DNA of 64,000 nucleotides, from assembly GCA_951406725.2 (NCBI GenBank), contig OX597820.1, positions 103,788,001 through 103,852,000 of the forward strand. Direction: 5' to 3'. This document shows, piece after piece, positions 42,099 through 55,320 of this stretch. A model generated the notes under the pieces. That model saw only the letters and a program-made list of their open reading frames with translations, was not told the origin of the DNA and made no database searches. How positions within the stretch are numbered: the stretch's first letter is position 1; each line of letters opens with the position of its first letter. The position numbers and the translations under genes were made by a program. The DNA comes from Octopus vulgaris. Its lineage: Eukaryota.

Positions 42099-43793
42099 GT
42101 ATGTTATATTATTTCTACTTCTATTTTGAGTATTTTGTTTTCTTTTTTCATTTTTTAATAGACAAAATAATAAAAAGACAAAATAATACTTAATACAGAT
42201 GGAGATGGCTGCATGCAATGAAATTCAACCCAAAATGACATTTATGATCATGTATACTATATATACATATACTATGTACCACACATACAAGTGCCCATGC
42301 AGCACCATGTAAAAGCACCCATGTGGTGCCACATAAAAGCACTCAGCACACTCTGTAAAGTGGTCTGTGTTAGCAAGAGCATCCAGCTGTAGAAACCGTG
42401 TCAAATCAGATTGGAACCTCCTGGTGCAGCTCCCAAGCTTGCCAGCTCTGGTCAAACCATCCAACCAATGTTCCTGGACAATGAACATTAAATGATGATG
42501 AAAATGATGATCGCTGACTCATTGATAGTTTGAAACTATTTAATTGTCAATTGAAATGTCACAGATGTGTTCAAGAAGAGCTGACCAACAACCAGAATAC
42601 CAGTAGTATCACATTGTTTATTACTATACTCTACACCAACAATGAATATCTGGAACTCTCTTACTTTTTTGGTATGAGCCCCTACAGATTTTTGAAGAAC
42701 AAGAAATTAGAAAATATCACTTGCATCTCCCATAAGCACTTTAATCCATTCGATACCAAATCACTTGAGGATGGTTTTGGTTCTATGACTCAAACTTTGT
42801 TTTAAAGTGATCTAAATTATAATCTTCTATCAAAATTTCATCTTAATTTGTTATTTTACTATAATCTTCATTATTTCAAAAATCATTTGAAATTAATGTT
42901 CTATGTTTCAACAGAAATGTAATTGTTGTTTTGTTTTTTTTAAGTAAGAGGGGTGGTTAATAGAATAAATGAAGAGTAATGAAGTAAAATAATCCAGGTA
43001 AAGATTGAAAGTTGCCTGGTTCTACTCACTGAAAGATGACATAAAAATATAAGGTCACTAGACCTTGTTTCCTTTGTTTATGATGCCTTCATGGTTCTAT
43101 ATCTATTTCAAAATTTTCTTTGTTCTCCCTTTTAAAAATGTGCCCAGCATGGTACTATTAAAAGACTAAAAGTAATTTTAAATCTAGCTTTTTTTTTTTC
43201 TTCCTGGTGTATCTTTAGAAAAAGAATAATGTCATAGAAACTGCAAGGACTGTTAGGTAGTGTGCGGGTGTCCAACAGCTTTTATGCCATCAAAATCTTC
43301 ATAGGGAGATGGAACTCAGTATAACTTCACTGATTTCAGGATTTCATATTTGAAGAACATAGACAAGAGTTCTCCTATCTGAGATTCATAAAGGGACAAA
43401 CTCAGTACTGCAAACTAACCAATCCTTAACTATACAGTGCTCCTGTTACTTGCAGTGCTGCATTGTATATACCTATGTACCTAGTTATAAATATGTATAT
43501 TTAGTAGCATTCTTATACAAGATATGCCTCGTGGTAAAGTACCAACTATAGAATATGAAACGTTGGCTGTTCACTCGGTAGACAAGCACTCCAACAACTC
43601 AGCCTCTTACCGTTTCCTCCTTTATCAGATAGATCTCTAAAGTGAAGTTATCGACACCTTTTGATAATTTATCCTTTCAGTAAATCATTTTAAGATGTTA
43701 ACAACTTGGAACCAACTCATAGTCTTAAGCAGTGATTTAATTGTAACTCTAATATACGTACTAGTAACAAAATACCATTATATTTTGATATAG

Positions 43794-43871
43794 ATCATTT
43801 GAAATGAGAAATCTTCCAGCTGACAAGAAACTGGAACTTGAAGTTGTTAATGCAGAAGATGGAGAGTTCTG
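43794..43871 (+). CDS. Calpain exon G: SFEMRNLPADKKLELEVVNAEDGEF-W
   Basis: EDGEFW motif; atag/gtgagt boundaries; phase 2-2. Confidence 0.9.
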
Positions 43872-44067
43872 GTGAGTATTCTTCAAGTTGATTATCTTCA
43901 TTTTGAGACAGCAAAAATTTTCATAGAGGCAATAAGAAATATTTCCCAGCAATATTTTTTTCTTAATCTTTTACATAAAGAGAGAGAGACAGTGCTCATG
44001 GCCAATTGGGGCTCCTGTGAGATCACTGTTGTAACTAATGACTAATGCAACTATGTAATATCATAGA

Positions 44068-44137
<70 letters not shown>

Positions 44138-44474
44138 AAGGGAGATTACTGTTGCAAAATTCACAAAACACAGTAAAATATTGATGTGAAGCTAAATATT
44201 CTTAATAATCTGTTTTGTTATGAGCACAAGGCCTGAAAAACAAGACTTTCTTAATAATAATCTATATTTTACTTTGCTTTGCATTTTTCATTAAAATATT
44301 TCTCCATAATGGACCTTCTAATGTCGCACTAGGTCCATTTGAAAAAAAAAAAGAAACCTTTTTTTTTAAGTCCTTCTACTACTGTCATCCAGATGTTTGC
44401 TTAACTCTTTAACATTCAGATTATTATGTCAGAGGTAATCCTTATTTATTCGCATTTAAACAATTAATCTGGTA

Positions 44475-45665
44475 TTATCTTGTAGTTTCAAGATGTGAAA
44501 GATGTAATTGTTTAATTTTAGAATGACATAGCAGGGTACGTGTGAGATGCTGCTTCTGGTCAGTTTGAGTATAAAATGAATAGAATATTTGGGTTGGATA
44601 CAACCGGTCTAAACACGAAGCAGTTAAAGGAATCTTTCTGGAATATAGTTGTTGTAAGTGTTGTTTGTATTTGAACTCTCTCAATCAACGACTTTTTAGT
44701 TTGTCCAATATAAATATTTTTGCAACTGCTGCACTTAAGAAAAAATAAATTCACCCTTTTTAAAGCCTAGCCAGGCTCATGGGCCCAGTTTCCCAGTTTC
44801 TATGATGTATGTGTTCCGGTAGCATATGCTACCGGGCCCCGCTTCTGATAATGGGGGTTGCATTCTATGCCTTGACCTGAGCATAGAAGGGGGTTTGCCT
44901 CTTTGAGCTGGGGAATGAATGGAATGCCTGATGTGTGTCTTGTTGTGGCTACCCACTCCTAAAAAGTGGGGAATAGGCCTGGGTATATATATATATATAT
45001 ATATATATATAGCTTTCCATGCTGGCATGGGTTGGACGATTTGACTGAGGACTGGCGAACCAGATGGCTGCACCATCTCCAATCTGATCTGGCAGAATTT
45101 CTACAACTGGATGCCCTTCCTAACACCAACCACTCCAAGAGTGTAGTGGGTGTTTTTACGTGCCACCGGCATGAGAGCCAGTCAGGTGGTACTGGCAATG
45201 ACCACGCTCAAATAGTGTTGTTTATGTGCCACCTGCACAGGAGCCAGTCCAGCAACACTGGCAACGACCTCGCTCAAATATTTTTTCCCATGCCACCGGT
45301 GATGCTGGTAATGATCACGCTATCATCATCATCGTTTAACGTCCGTTCTCCATGCTAGCATGGGTTGGACGGTTCGACTGGGAATCTGGGAAGCCAGAAG
45401 GCTGCACCAGGCTCATGTCTAATCTGGCAGTGTTTCTACAGCTGGATGCCCTTCCTAATGCCAACCACTCCGTGAGTGTAGTGGGTGCCTTTTACGTGCC
45501 ACCTGCACAGGTACCAGGCGAGGCTGGCAATGGCCATGATCGGATTGGTGCATTTTACATGCCACTGACACGGAAGCCAGTCAAGGCGTCGCTGGCATCA
45601 GTCACGATTCAGATGGTGCTTTTTACGTGCTACCGGCACGGAAGCCAGTCAAGCTATATATATAC

Positions 45666-45706
<41 letters not shown>

Positions 45707-47400
45707 ATAATAAATATTAGGGAATAAATCCAAATTTACAGGGAAAAAATCAGATTTAGGATTAAATCCAATTTTATAGTAAAATATTATATAATATTAA
45801 TTCGAGACAAAACCACTATTTTGCAAATCAAACAAGGAAAGACTTAATCAATACATAAAAAATTTTAATATAAAGTAAATAAACCGCCACTACAATTGTT
45901 TATTTACTTTATATTAAAATTTTTTATGTATTGATTAAGTCTTTCCTTGTTTGATTTGCAAAATAGTGATTTTGTCTCGAATTAATATTATATATATATA
46001 TATATATATATTTATTTTCTGGCTCATTAAGAATCCTTTCAGGCCTTGCAAACATTTGTTCTATAGTTTCTTCATCCTCAACTATTGTATATATTTTCTA
46101 ACCTAGACAGTGCAAGATATTTGGGATGGATGTACTGGATTTTGTCTAGCAATATAAACATATTGTCAAGTAACACATTCACTTTCAGTAAATATATTTA
46201 CTCTGTATTTTTCTGCCCTCATCATGGTCAAATTTTGGCCATTTTAAATCTTAGCCATTTAAAATTTTCAGCAGTCTTTTATTTTCTATCAATTTTGCTT
46301 CATTGATCATTTGGTCTAGTTGTGTACTCTTCACAAGGACCAGCAGAATTTCTTTTACTACATTAAAATATTTTCATTGCATTGGTTATGGATAAAATAA
46401 AGGGCATCTTATCTTTTTCAGATGCTTCCCTTTCTCATATTGAGTGAAGTTGTATTAGTATCTGTTTAACTTTTATTCCATGGTAGCAAATATTTCTGGA
46501 TGGTTAAGAATCCTTCAAGATCTTGCAAGCATTTTTTTTCTAGTTTCTCCATCTTGAATTATTATGCATATTTTCTAAGTTAGACAATGATTTTTTTTTT
46601 TTCTGTATGGGGTAGAACGCTTGAATCAAAGTTTAAAAGTTGATCTACATCAGTGTTTTTTGTAAAAATGTCAATTGTTATATTAGTTTCTTTATTATTA
46701 TTAAACACTATCCGATCGTGGCCGTTACCAGCCTCGCCTGGCCTCTGTGCCGGTGGCACATAAAAAGCACCATCCAAGCGTGGCCGTTCACCAGCCTTGT
46801 CTGGCACCTGTGTCAGTGGCACATAAAAAGCACCCACTACAATCACGGAGTGGTTGGCATTAGGAAGGGCATGCAGCTGTAGAAACACTGCTAGATCTGA
46901 CTGGGCTTGGTGCAGCCTTCGGGCTTCCCAGACCCCAGTAGAACCGTCCAACCCATGCTAGCATGGAAAGCGGACATTAAACGATGATGATGATGATGAT
47001 TATTATTATCATCATTATCATCATTATTATTATTATTATTATTATTACTATTATTATATCCAGAAATGGTAATTCACAGCTACTTATTTCTCTTGTCAAC
47101 TTAATAACCAAGGGTAGATTATTTAGATGATAATTCTTCCATGATGATTCAGTGTGTCTGATAAAGTTAATACTGAATTTGATCACTTCTCAGTACAGCT
47201 TCTGTTCTAAGCATCCCATAACAAGGGTGCATAAATAGGTGACAATCTTATACTCATGGTAGCTCAATAAGTGTGGTCAAAAATTTTTCCATTGAAATAG
47301 AATGAATTGCTTTCTAAAATAAGTGTAACAGCATCCTAAATAAACTTTTTTTCCACCCAGTATTTTACAACAGCAATATTAAATCATGAGTAATGTACTT
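44475..47400 (-). mobile_element. Decayed Penelope-like element (RT + GIY-YIG) interrupted by SINEs and a hairpin repeat
   Basis: KCSSCKNIYIGQTKKSL (GIY-YIG, ~44690-44740); TIDIFTKNTDVDQLLNFDS (~46620-46700); LNNL..IKLTREI...LPFLDI (~47055-47125); RLSPIYA..VMGCLE (~47200-47250). Confidence 0.75.
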
Positions 47401-48636
47401 ATTAAGTTTTGTCAGAGGGAAATATCAGGTTTTCAGGTATCTCTCTCAACCTGTCATTACTTGTCTGCTTCTTAGCACAGTGGCCATAGTACGTGTCATC
47501 TTAGCACAGTGGCCAAATATATGTGGTTACTCAACCAACTAGAAGTAGCAGCCAAATCTTCTTTGTACCACATTACCTTACCATTTTAGAAAAAAAAAGG
47601 ACTCATTAGAGGATATAGTCTCAGATACAGCATATCTGAAGAAAAAAAAAAGGGGGACAAACAAGATAATCAGTATTTAAACTCCTTAAATCAGAGTGGG
47701 TAGGGAGGTGGTGTGCAAGTTGATCAGAGTTGATTTGAGATAATGATTTCTACCACTATTAATGTTTGTATAAAAGCTACTTTTATATCAAAACTTATAA
47801 AGTGAACATTTATATCTGAAGTGACTGGAAATTGTGACAGAAGATCAATTTTATCATGGGTGTAACCTGCTATAAAGGAAGACGACAGTTTCAAAAAAAC
47901 ATCAAAAAAATTTCATGATGAGCTCTTATCAGTTTTAGTTCAGTTATAGTGGACTTTTTATTTTGATGTATTCAGTGTTTCCTTCACTTCATTGCAACTT
48001 GAATTTCCTTTGGTTTGTATATTTTCAGACCACTGGAGCTTACTGGTTTTCCTTACAAACTTCTATAATGGCATTCTTTACCTGATGTCACTGGTGGGCA
48101 TCTGAATGTGTGTGTGTGTGTGTCTGTGTGTGCATATATGTATATCTTCTCTCTTTACTCTTTTACTTGTTTCAGTCATTTGACTGCAGCCATGCTGGAG
48201 CACCACCTTTAATCAAGCAACTCGAGCCCAGGACTTATTCTTTTGTAAGCCCAGTACTTATTCTATCGGTCTCTTTTGCCGAACCACTAAGTAACGGGGA
48301 CATAAACACACCAGCATCGGTTATCAAGCAATGCTAGGGGGACAAACATACACACAAACACACACACGCATATATATATATATACATATACATATATACG
48401 ACGGGCTTCTTTTCAGTTTCCGTCTACCAAATCCACTCACAAGGCTTTGGTCGGCCCGAGACTATAGCAGAAGGCACTTGCCCAAGGTGCCACGCAGTGG
48501 GACTGAACCCGGAACCATGTGGTTGGTAAACAAGCTACTTACCACACAGCCACTCCTGCGCCTATATATGATCTTTCAAAAACAATTTTGTTTATCTATT
48601 TAATGGTATATTGTTTTTTTTCTCTGAACTCTTCAG

Positions 48637-48730
48637 GATACCTTTTGATGAATTTGTCAGTAATTTTGATGAAATTGCTTTCTGTCATATTCAACCTGAT
48701 GCAGTCGTAGGGGAAATCGAGGACAATAAA
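48637..48730 (+). CDS. Calpain exon H (end of CysPc): IPFDEFVSNFDEIAFCHIQPDAVVGEIEDNK
   Basis: W..F..F...F..I..C...PD pattern; ttcag/gtaagt boundaries; phase 2-0. Confidence 0.92.
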
Positions 48731-49305
48731 GTAAGTAACTTCACTTCTTAATTCTTATTCAATACAGTAATATATTTGTGTGCAAACATTTGTCCATGAG
48801 TGTGTGTGTGTATGAATGTATGTACACACACACACACATACACATGAGGATGAGAAGATAAAATTCTGCTGTCACTCTTCAATGTTTCTCTGATTAAATC
48901 ATATCTGAAGGTCTTTTTCCCAAATATTGCATTTCCTACTCACTACAAGTTCATTATACTATTTATGGATTTTTCTAAATAGTACAAATTTTACCAATGC
49001 AGACTAGCACCAGTCTCTTTGGAGTCTGTACATATATTACATAATGTATATATATCTATCTATCTATATATATATATATATAATAACATAAATGATATAT
49101 AAACATATGCATATGTACATACCTACATCTATATGTATATATACATGCATATATGGGTACAGGACACCAAAAAAAACGTTGAACACAATGAGAAACAAAA
49201 GCATAAAAACAAAAACATGGAAACAAACTTTTTTTCAAACACCGGAAAAACAGAGTACAAGACATACAACACAAGGAATATTCCCCTTCTTCAGTTGTCC
49301 CTGTT

Positions 49306-50560
49306 TTGTCTACTCCGCGTTTCTCAAAACCCCTCCAGATTCTCTTCCAGAGCTTTCTTGCAAATGGAAGACTGCCAAGCAAGCAGAAGAAGGGAATAAT
49401 ATGCCCAATCCACAAAGGGGGAAGCAGAGCAGATGCCAAAAACTATAGGCCTATCTCTCTGACTTCACACATCAGCAAAGTCATTGAACGGATAGCCAGA
49501 GGGAAACTAATCGCATTCCTTGAAGAAAATACCTTGCTGAGTGATAACCAGCATGGCTTTCAACCAGGTAGGAGCTGCCTGACCCAGCTCTTACAGCATT
49601 ATGACAAGGTGTTGAAGCAGCTACTCAACAACTCAAATGTGGATGTAATATACCTTGATTTTGCAAAAGCTTTTGACAAGGTGGATCATGGTATGATATG
49701 CCACAAGCTGCATGATCTCAGATGGGCAGAGGATGATAATATGAAGTTTAATGCTGCAAAAATTTCCAAGCCCTGCACTCCCAGCATCCAAAACTGAATA
49801 TGAAACTTACAGGGTACACTGGTCCACAGAGAATTTCAATCCCAGAGCCTAAATCAGTGAGGGACCTGGGTATCGACATGATTGATGATACCTCTTTCCA
49901 AGTGCACATTAACAGGATGGCAACAAATTGCAGACAATTGGCTGGATGGATCCTAAGAACATTCAGAACTAGAGATAAGGAAACCATGATGGTCCTCTGG
50001 AAGACATTCGTCCTCAGCCGCCTGGATTACTGCTCACAGTTATGATCACCCACCAGTGTGAAATTAACAGCAGACCTTGAAGCAATCCAAAGAAGATCGT
50101 CTCTTTGCAACTGCTCAGCAACTGGAGAAGGCTGAAACAGCTAAAACGCTACTCTCTTGAGAGACGGCAGAAGAGGTATGCAGTAATATATATCTGGAAG
50201 ATCCTGGAGGAGTTGTGCCAAATTTTGGCATTGAAAGCTACACCAGTGTCAGAACAGGACAACACTGCATAGTGCCAAAGATCCCAGCAATGCCATCGCA
50301 CTTCAGGACCAGTTACTGCAACAGCCTGGGTTTCAGGGGCCCACAGCTTTTAAATATTCTCCCAAAGAGCCTGAAGAACCTGCACAAAGTAGATGTAGGC
50401 GTTTTTAAATCAAAGCTTGACCACTTTCTGTCAAGAGTCCCAGATGAGCCTACCTCATGGCAAGAGGTGCAAATGAGGGTAGCTACATCAAACTCCATTC
50501 TTCACCAAGTGCCACATATTGGAGGAGGCTCTCAGTAACAACAGTGTAGCAAAATGGCGG
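49306..50560 (+). mobile_element. CR1/L2-clade LINE ORF2 fragment with internal deletion and frameshifts
   Basis: NYRPISLTSHISKVIE, QHGFQPGRSC, DVIYLDFAKAFDKVDH, VRDLGI and SRLDYCS motifs; the PQG/YADD core is missing. Confidence 0.92.
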
Positions 50561-51096
50561 TGCATCAGCATGGGCCGCAGCTATGATAAATTAATTAGAA
50601 TTATTTGACTATACGCACATTTACATGATATAAATTATACATTAAAGATTGAATAGATATTCTAGGAATTAGAACCTGTGTACATCTAATATGTAACAAA
50701 TGGACAGTTATAATTGCATTAAATTTAAAAATCTAAAAATTTTAATTGGCATCTTCCAATTATAAAAATATAAAAGAAATATTTTGACCAATTTATAATT
50801 TTATAACTTCACATATAATTTCAAATATAATTTTATTTTATATTATTTAAGTCTATAAACTATATTTGGAATACAGGACAATATAATGGATTTTATACAT
50901 AATTATTATGGATTGCAACAGAAGAATTACCAAGGAGGCATATGTGAATTTCAAGATTCTCATACTAAAGTGTACTTACCAAAATCAAAAGCAGTAATTT
51001 TTAATTTATATTTCAAACAAACACCATTTTATAGTATTACTTCAAATTTAAAAAAAAAACTACCATTCGATATATTATACAAAATTCAAATTTATA

Positions 51097-51188
51097 TATC
51101 TCTGAAGAGCAGAAGAGTTACCTATAAATGCTTATCAATGTAGGATTCCATTATAGGGACACCACTTCTGCGAAACGATCGTAAGATG
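51097..51188 (+). ncRNA. Type I hammerhead ribozyme, intact core, extended stem II
   Basis: uaucu CUGAAGA gcagaag...cuucugc GAAAC GAUC GUA agaug: 7-bp stem II closed by G-C, palindromic stem III ACGAUCGU, cleavage after 51183. Confidence 0.82.
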
Positions 51189-51837
51189 CTTTAAAAACTT
51201 AATTCAAAACTTTTAAACTGTCATATACATTATTTATTTATACTTATACATATTTACATATATTTATATATATTTATATTTTTAATACAACAATTATTTT
51301 ACACAAGTATATATCTTTCTGAAGAATTTTCTAATATTGATTTCCTGATATTAATAATAATATGTTATAAAATATATATAATTGCTCATATTAAATACAT
51401 AAATACTTTAATAGTATTAAAACTTTGATACTATAGTGCACTCAATATAAATTCAGTATCTAATATTCTCATTGAATATATCTAACTACAGATTTATAGA
51501 CAGACAAATATAGATAGATATAGATACTATAATTTAGGGTATCTAAGAGATACCACCACGCTTGAAATAGTAGCCAAAACTTGACTCTAAGACCTCATTA
51601 AATGTTCATACAGCACCAAACGAGAAGACAAAATGACAAAATATCCAGTGCTGTATGAACATTTAATGTGGTCTTAGAGTCAAGTTTTGGCTGCTATTTC
51701 AAGCGTAGTGGTATCTCTTAGATTCCCTAAACTATAATTTTAATAATAATTATTACCTTTGAAGGTTTTTATTCTCATGCTGGCCACTTGATAAATTTGA
51801 TATTTAAATAACGATCTTATCCTTATTTATATAAATT

Positions 51838-51878
<41 letters not shown>

Positions 51879-52126
51879 ATAGTGTTTTATATATATATAT
51901 ATACATACATACATACATACATACATACAGTGTTTTATATATATACACACACACACACGATGGACTACTTTCAGTTTCTGTCTACCAAATCCACTCACAA
52001 GGCTTTGTCTGCCTGAGGCTAAAATAGAAGACACTTGCCCAACTTGTCCAAGGTTCCACACAGTGGAACTGAACCCAGAACCATGTTGATGGGAAGCAAG
52101 CTTCATACTACACAGTCATGCCTGCA

Positions 52127-52164
<38 letters not shown>

Positions 52165-53721
52165 CAATAATAATAAAGGGTAAAATTAATTAATAATTAA
52201 CAATTTTACCAAGTCGTTCGGTATGTTAAAAGAATCATTATCAGTAAACTTATACAGAAATTCTATAATTATGAGTATATTTATAATTAGGGTTCAGCAA
52301 AATTTGCTTCACAAAATACCGAAATTTAAAAATAGCAGTTAAACTAGCAAACGCACCCATCCTTTGGACGGTTTAAGTTGCTTTTGTGGTATTTTTTTCA
52401 CCAAATAATTGAACTACCGAGAAGCTTTATGTGTAGCTTGGCAATCTGTTTTCAATTAACCTAGGAACGGAAAGCCAAATTGAAGGCTGGTTATTGTGGA
52501 GGTCATTGCACTTTGATTATCATAGAACATATAAGTTTGCAAGCGATGTAAAGTAGAACTACTGAAGTGTTTGGGGAGTAGATTACGGATAATGACTACA
52601 AAATATAGTTGTTTTACATGAAAGCAAAATTTCTTGTCAGAAACAGCCACATAAATGGTGTAAGGAAATTGAAGGAAGATGTTGAAACTTCCCCTCTGCA
52701 AGTTTATTTTTTTCAACAGCAAAGGGAGCTAATTTTTTCGGAGAGAAAAGCTAACAAAAGCCCCTTTATTCTATCTTCCCACATAGCGTGCACATAAACT
52801 AACAGTGAATGCTTCATAAAGTTAAAATGGTATGGAGCTTCCTGCTAGTGGAAGCAAAACTCTTATTTAAAGGTTGATTCTTTGGGACAAATCAAATGTG
52901 AAGGTTTAAAAAAGGCTAGAATGACAATGCTAAAATCTATTTGAAACAATGGACAGCAGTCGAAATATCATAATGGTTGGGTAAAGAAGCATCCTTAAAG
53001 TGAAACAACGGTATCGAAGGTAAAAAAAAAAGGTATCAACAATCAGAAGAGAGGGAAGGGAACATCAGCTTTCAAGTAACTCAGAATAGGTAAAGGTAAG
53101 CTTACCAAAGTTTAATGCAGTTTCAATATGTAGATTAAGATTGTTTTGGATATTCATCACATATAGTTTTCCTAATCAACTGAATCACCATCGTAAGTGG
53201 ACAGCAGAAATAATTAGACGAAATCCTTTCACTTTTATAAAAAGATTAAAAAGAAAATGAGGGCAAAAAGCACTCATTTTTTCACAATGAAAAATCGTTT
53301 CCTAGTAGCCAGAATTTCGCGAAAAATGTAAGTTTATTAAGCACAACAGCCTGCAGTGCATGCCGCTGGGCATTAAAAGCCAATCGCACAAACCTAGAGG
53401 TGCTCTGGGCCCCCTTGAATCGATAAAAAAAATCACTCTTTTTGCCATAGCAACCACATCTTTATAGCTTACGAATTTTAACCATCACAGGTCTCATCCT
53501 CACCACGCATTTAGTATCCCTGCCAATTTTCAGCTCAATCCTAGCCTCAGTTCAGCCGCCATTAACCATCAAAGCAAAATGTGCATACAATTTTCGTCCA
53601 AGGACTGTTTTATAGATATAGGCTACTATTCTACTACCATAAGATATTTCCCAGACAGCAATACTCAACAACTCACGCAGGTAAAGAGAAAACAAATAAC
53701 GAATCCACTCGGCTCTGATTA

Positions 53722-53804
53722 ACTGTATACGCGTTTCAGAGTTAGGGAGATGTGAAAAATGTAAAATCATATTTTTACTCTCTCATTCTCTTCATCAGTA
53801 AAGT
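53722..53804 (-). ncRNA. Type I hammerhead ribozyme (PLE-type, palindromic ACGCGU stem III)
   Basis: Minus strand reads acuuua CUGAUGA agag...cucu GAAACGCGUA uacagu. It lies in the left arm of an inverted repeat. Confidence 0.75.
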
Positions 53805-53984
53805 ATTTCAATTGTTTTTAAATTTGAGAGCTCTGATAATTAACATACATATTTGACCAAGCGTCATCAAATAGCATACATCCAAAGACCAGTACTTCCG
53901 AATTCAAACAGACGAATGAGAACTAGTATTCCTCCTCACTCACCCATGTATGTTAATTATCAGAGCTCTTAAAAAATTTGAAAT

Positions 53985-54067
53985 ACTGTACTGACAAAAA
54001 GAATGAGTGAGTAGAAATATGATTTTACATTTTTCACATCTTCCTAATTCTGAAATGCATATACAGT
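53985..54067 (+). pseudogene. Mutated hammerhead copy in the right arm of the inverted repeat
   Basis: actgta CTGACAA ... GAAATGCATA tacagt; conserved G8 lost. Confidence 0.65.
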
Positions 54068-54291
54068 TAATCAGAGCCAGGTGGATTCGTTATTTGTTTT
54101 CTCTTTACCTGCATGAGTTGTTGAGTGTTGCTGTCTTGGAAATATTTTATGGTTTAACTGCTATTTCATAAACTCCAAAAGGATCAATGGCAAAGTCAAC
54201 CTCAGCAGAATTTGAGCTCAGAACGTAAAGCCAGAAGAAATGCTGCTAAGCATTTTGTCTGATGTACTAATGGCTCTTCCAACTCATTGTC

Positions 54292-54324
<33 letters not shown>

Positions 54325-54399
54325 CATAATAACATGGATTATAAATCATGCCTCTATCAACCAATAGCATTTATAATTCAATATTTTTTTTTATTATAG

Positions 54400-54487
54400 G
54401 ACAGAGAGAATTGGTTCGTTACTACATATCATGATGCTTGGATTAAAGACCAGACAGCAGGTGGTTGCGGCAATTCTGGTTATGAAG
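54400..54487 (+). CDS. Calpain exon I (domain III start): DRENWFVTTYHDAWIKDQTAGGCGNSGYE
   Basis: W.......W....TAGGC.N motif; tatag/gtaagt boundaries; phase 0-1. Confidence 0.93.
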
Positions 54488-55089
54488 GTAAGTTAGGTAC
54501 TAGAAAATTAATATATAGTTCATAATTTAATTGTCTTCAAGTGTTTCAACAGCCATAAAACATTATTTATGGATGAAATATATAGGCAAAATCAACATCA
54601 GAGATTCTTTGTCCCAGGAGACACTGCAGGAGCCACCGAGAGGTTTTGCAAGCTCTTCTAAATCCATCACAATGCTGGAAACCCTTCCGTGTCATCAGCA
54701 GTATCCTGACATACCTGCTGATGATATGGAAGAGTTTCCATATCCCAGGATCATAAATATTTCACCTCTTACCTTTTTGACAAGAGCTCCATCAACTATG
54801 TTCTGATACTTCATTTTTTTAATTACATTATTAATTTAAGTCATGTGTTACCATTATCTCCATGAGAAAAAAAATATTGTCACAAGGAAACCGTAATTGG
54901 TTTTAATAAAAATAAGAAAAAAGAAAAGAAAAAAATAAACTATGTATATGAACATGGAAATAACACATCTAGTTAATTGTTTATATATTTTGTAGGAATA
55001 AGTTTTTGTTTCCTCACCTTCCTTCTCTAGAATGTCATTTGTTCATTTGTCTCTCAATCCATCCAGCTTTTATTCTGAAGCTTTTTTAT

Positions 55090-55320
55090 TTTGAACCAAT
55101 AATCTTAGAGAGATACTTCCTTCACTGGAGCAAAAACAAATCTTAGTATTTACAACCATCTTGCTTATTTTCATGGTAATTGAAGTTTGTCTGACTTCAT
55201 TGGAAGGTGATCAAATTGTTTGTTGGTTCTTCTGAAGTTCATGTTGCAAATGTTTACTTCACTTGCATCACAGAACTCCAGAAACTCTGATCCCTCCTCA
55301 TTTGTGGAACCTTATTCATT
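55090..55320 (-). mobile_element. RTE-like LINE apurinic endonuclease fragment
   Basis: NEEGSEFLEFCDASEVNICNMNFRR matches the APE N..G..L..FC....L.I.NT.F motif. Confidence 0.55.

Noticed and set aside
52203-52248. Minus-strand CTGATAA...GAAC motif at a PLE-like terminus
   Set aside because: Both core boxes deviate; too degenerate to call.
54714-54750. cctg CTGATGA + hairpin + cagg hammerhead look-alike
   Set aside because: No GAAA box or NUH triplet after the hairpin.
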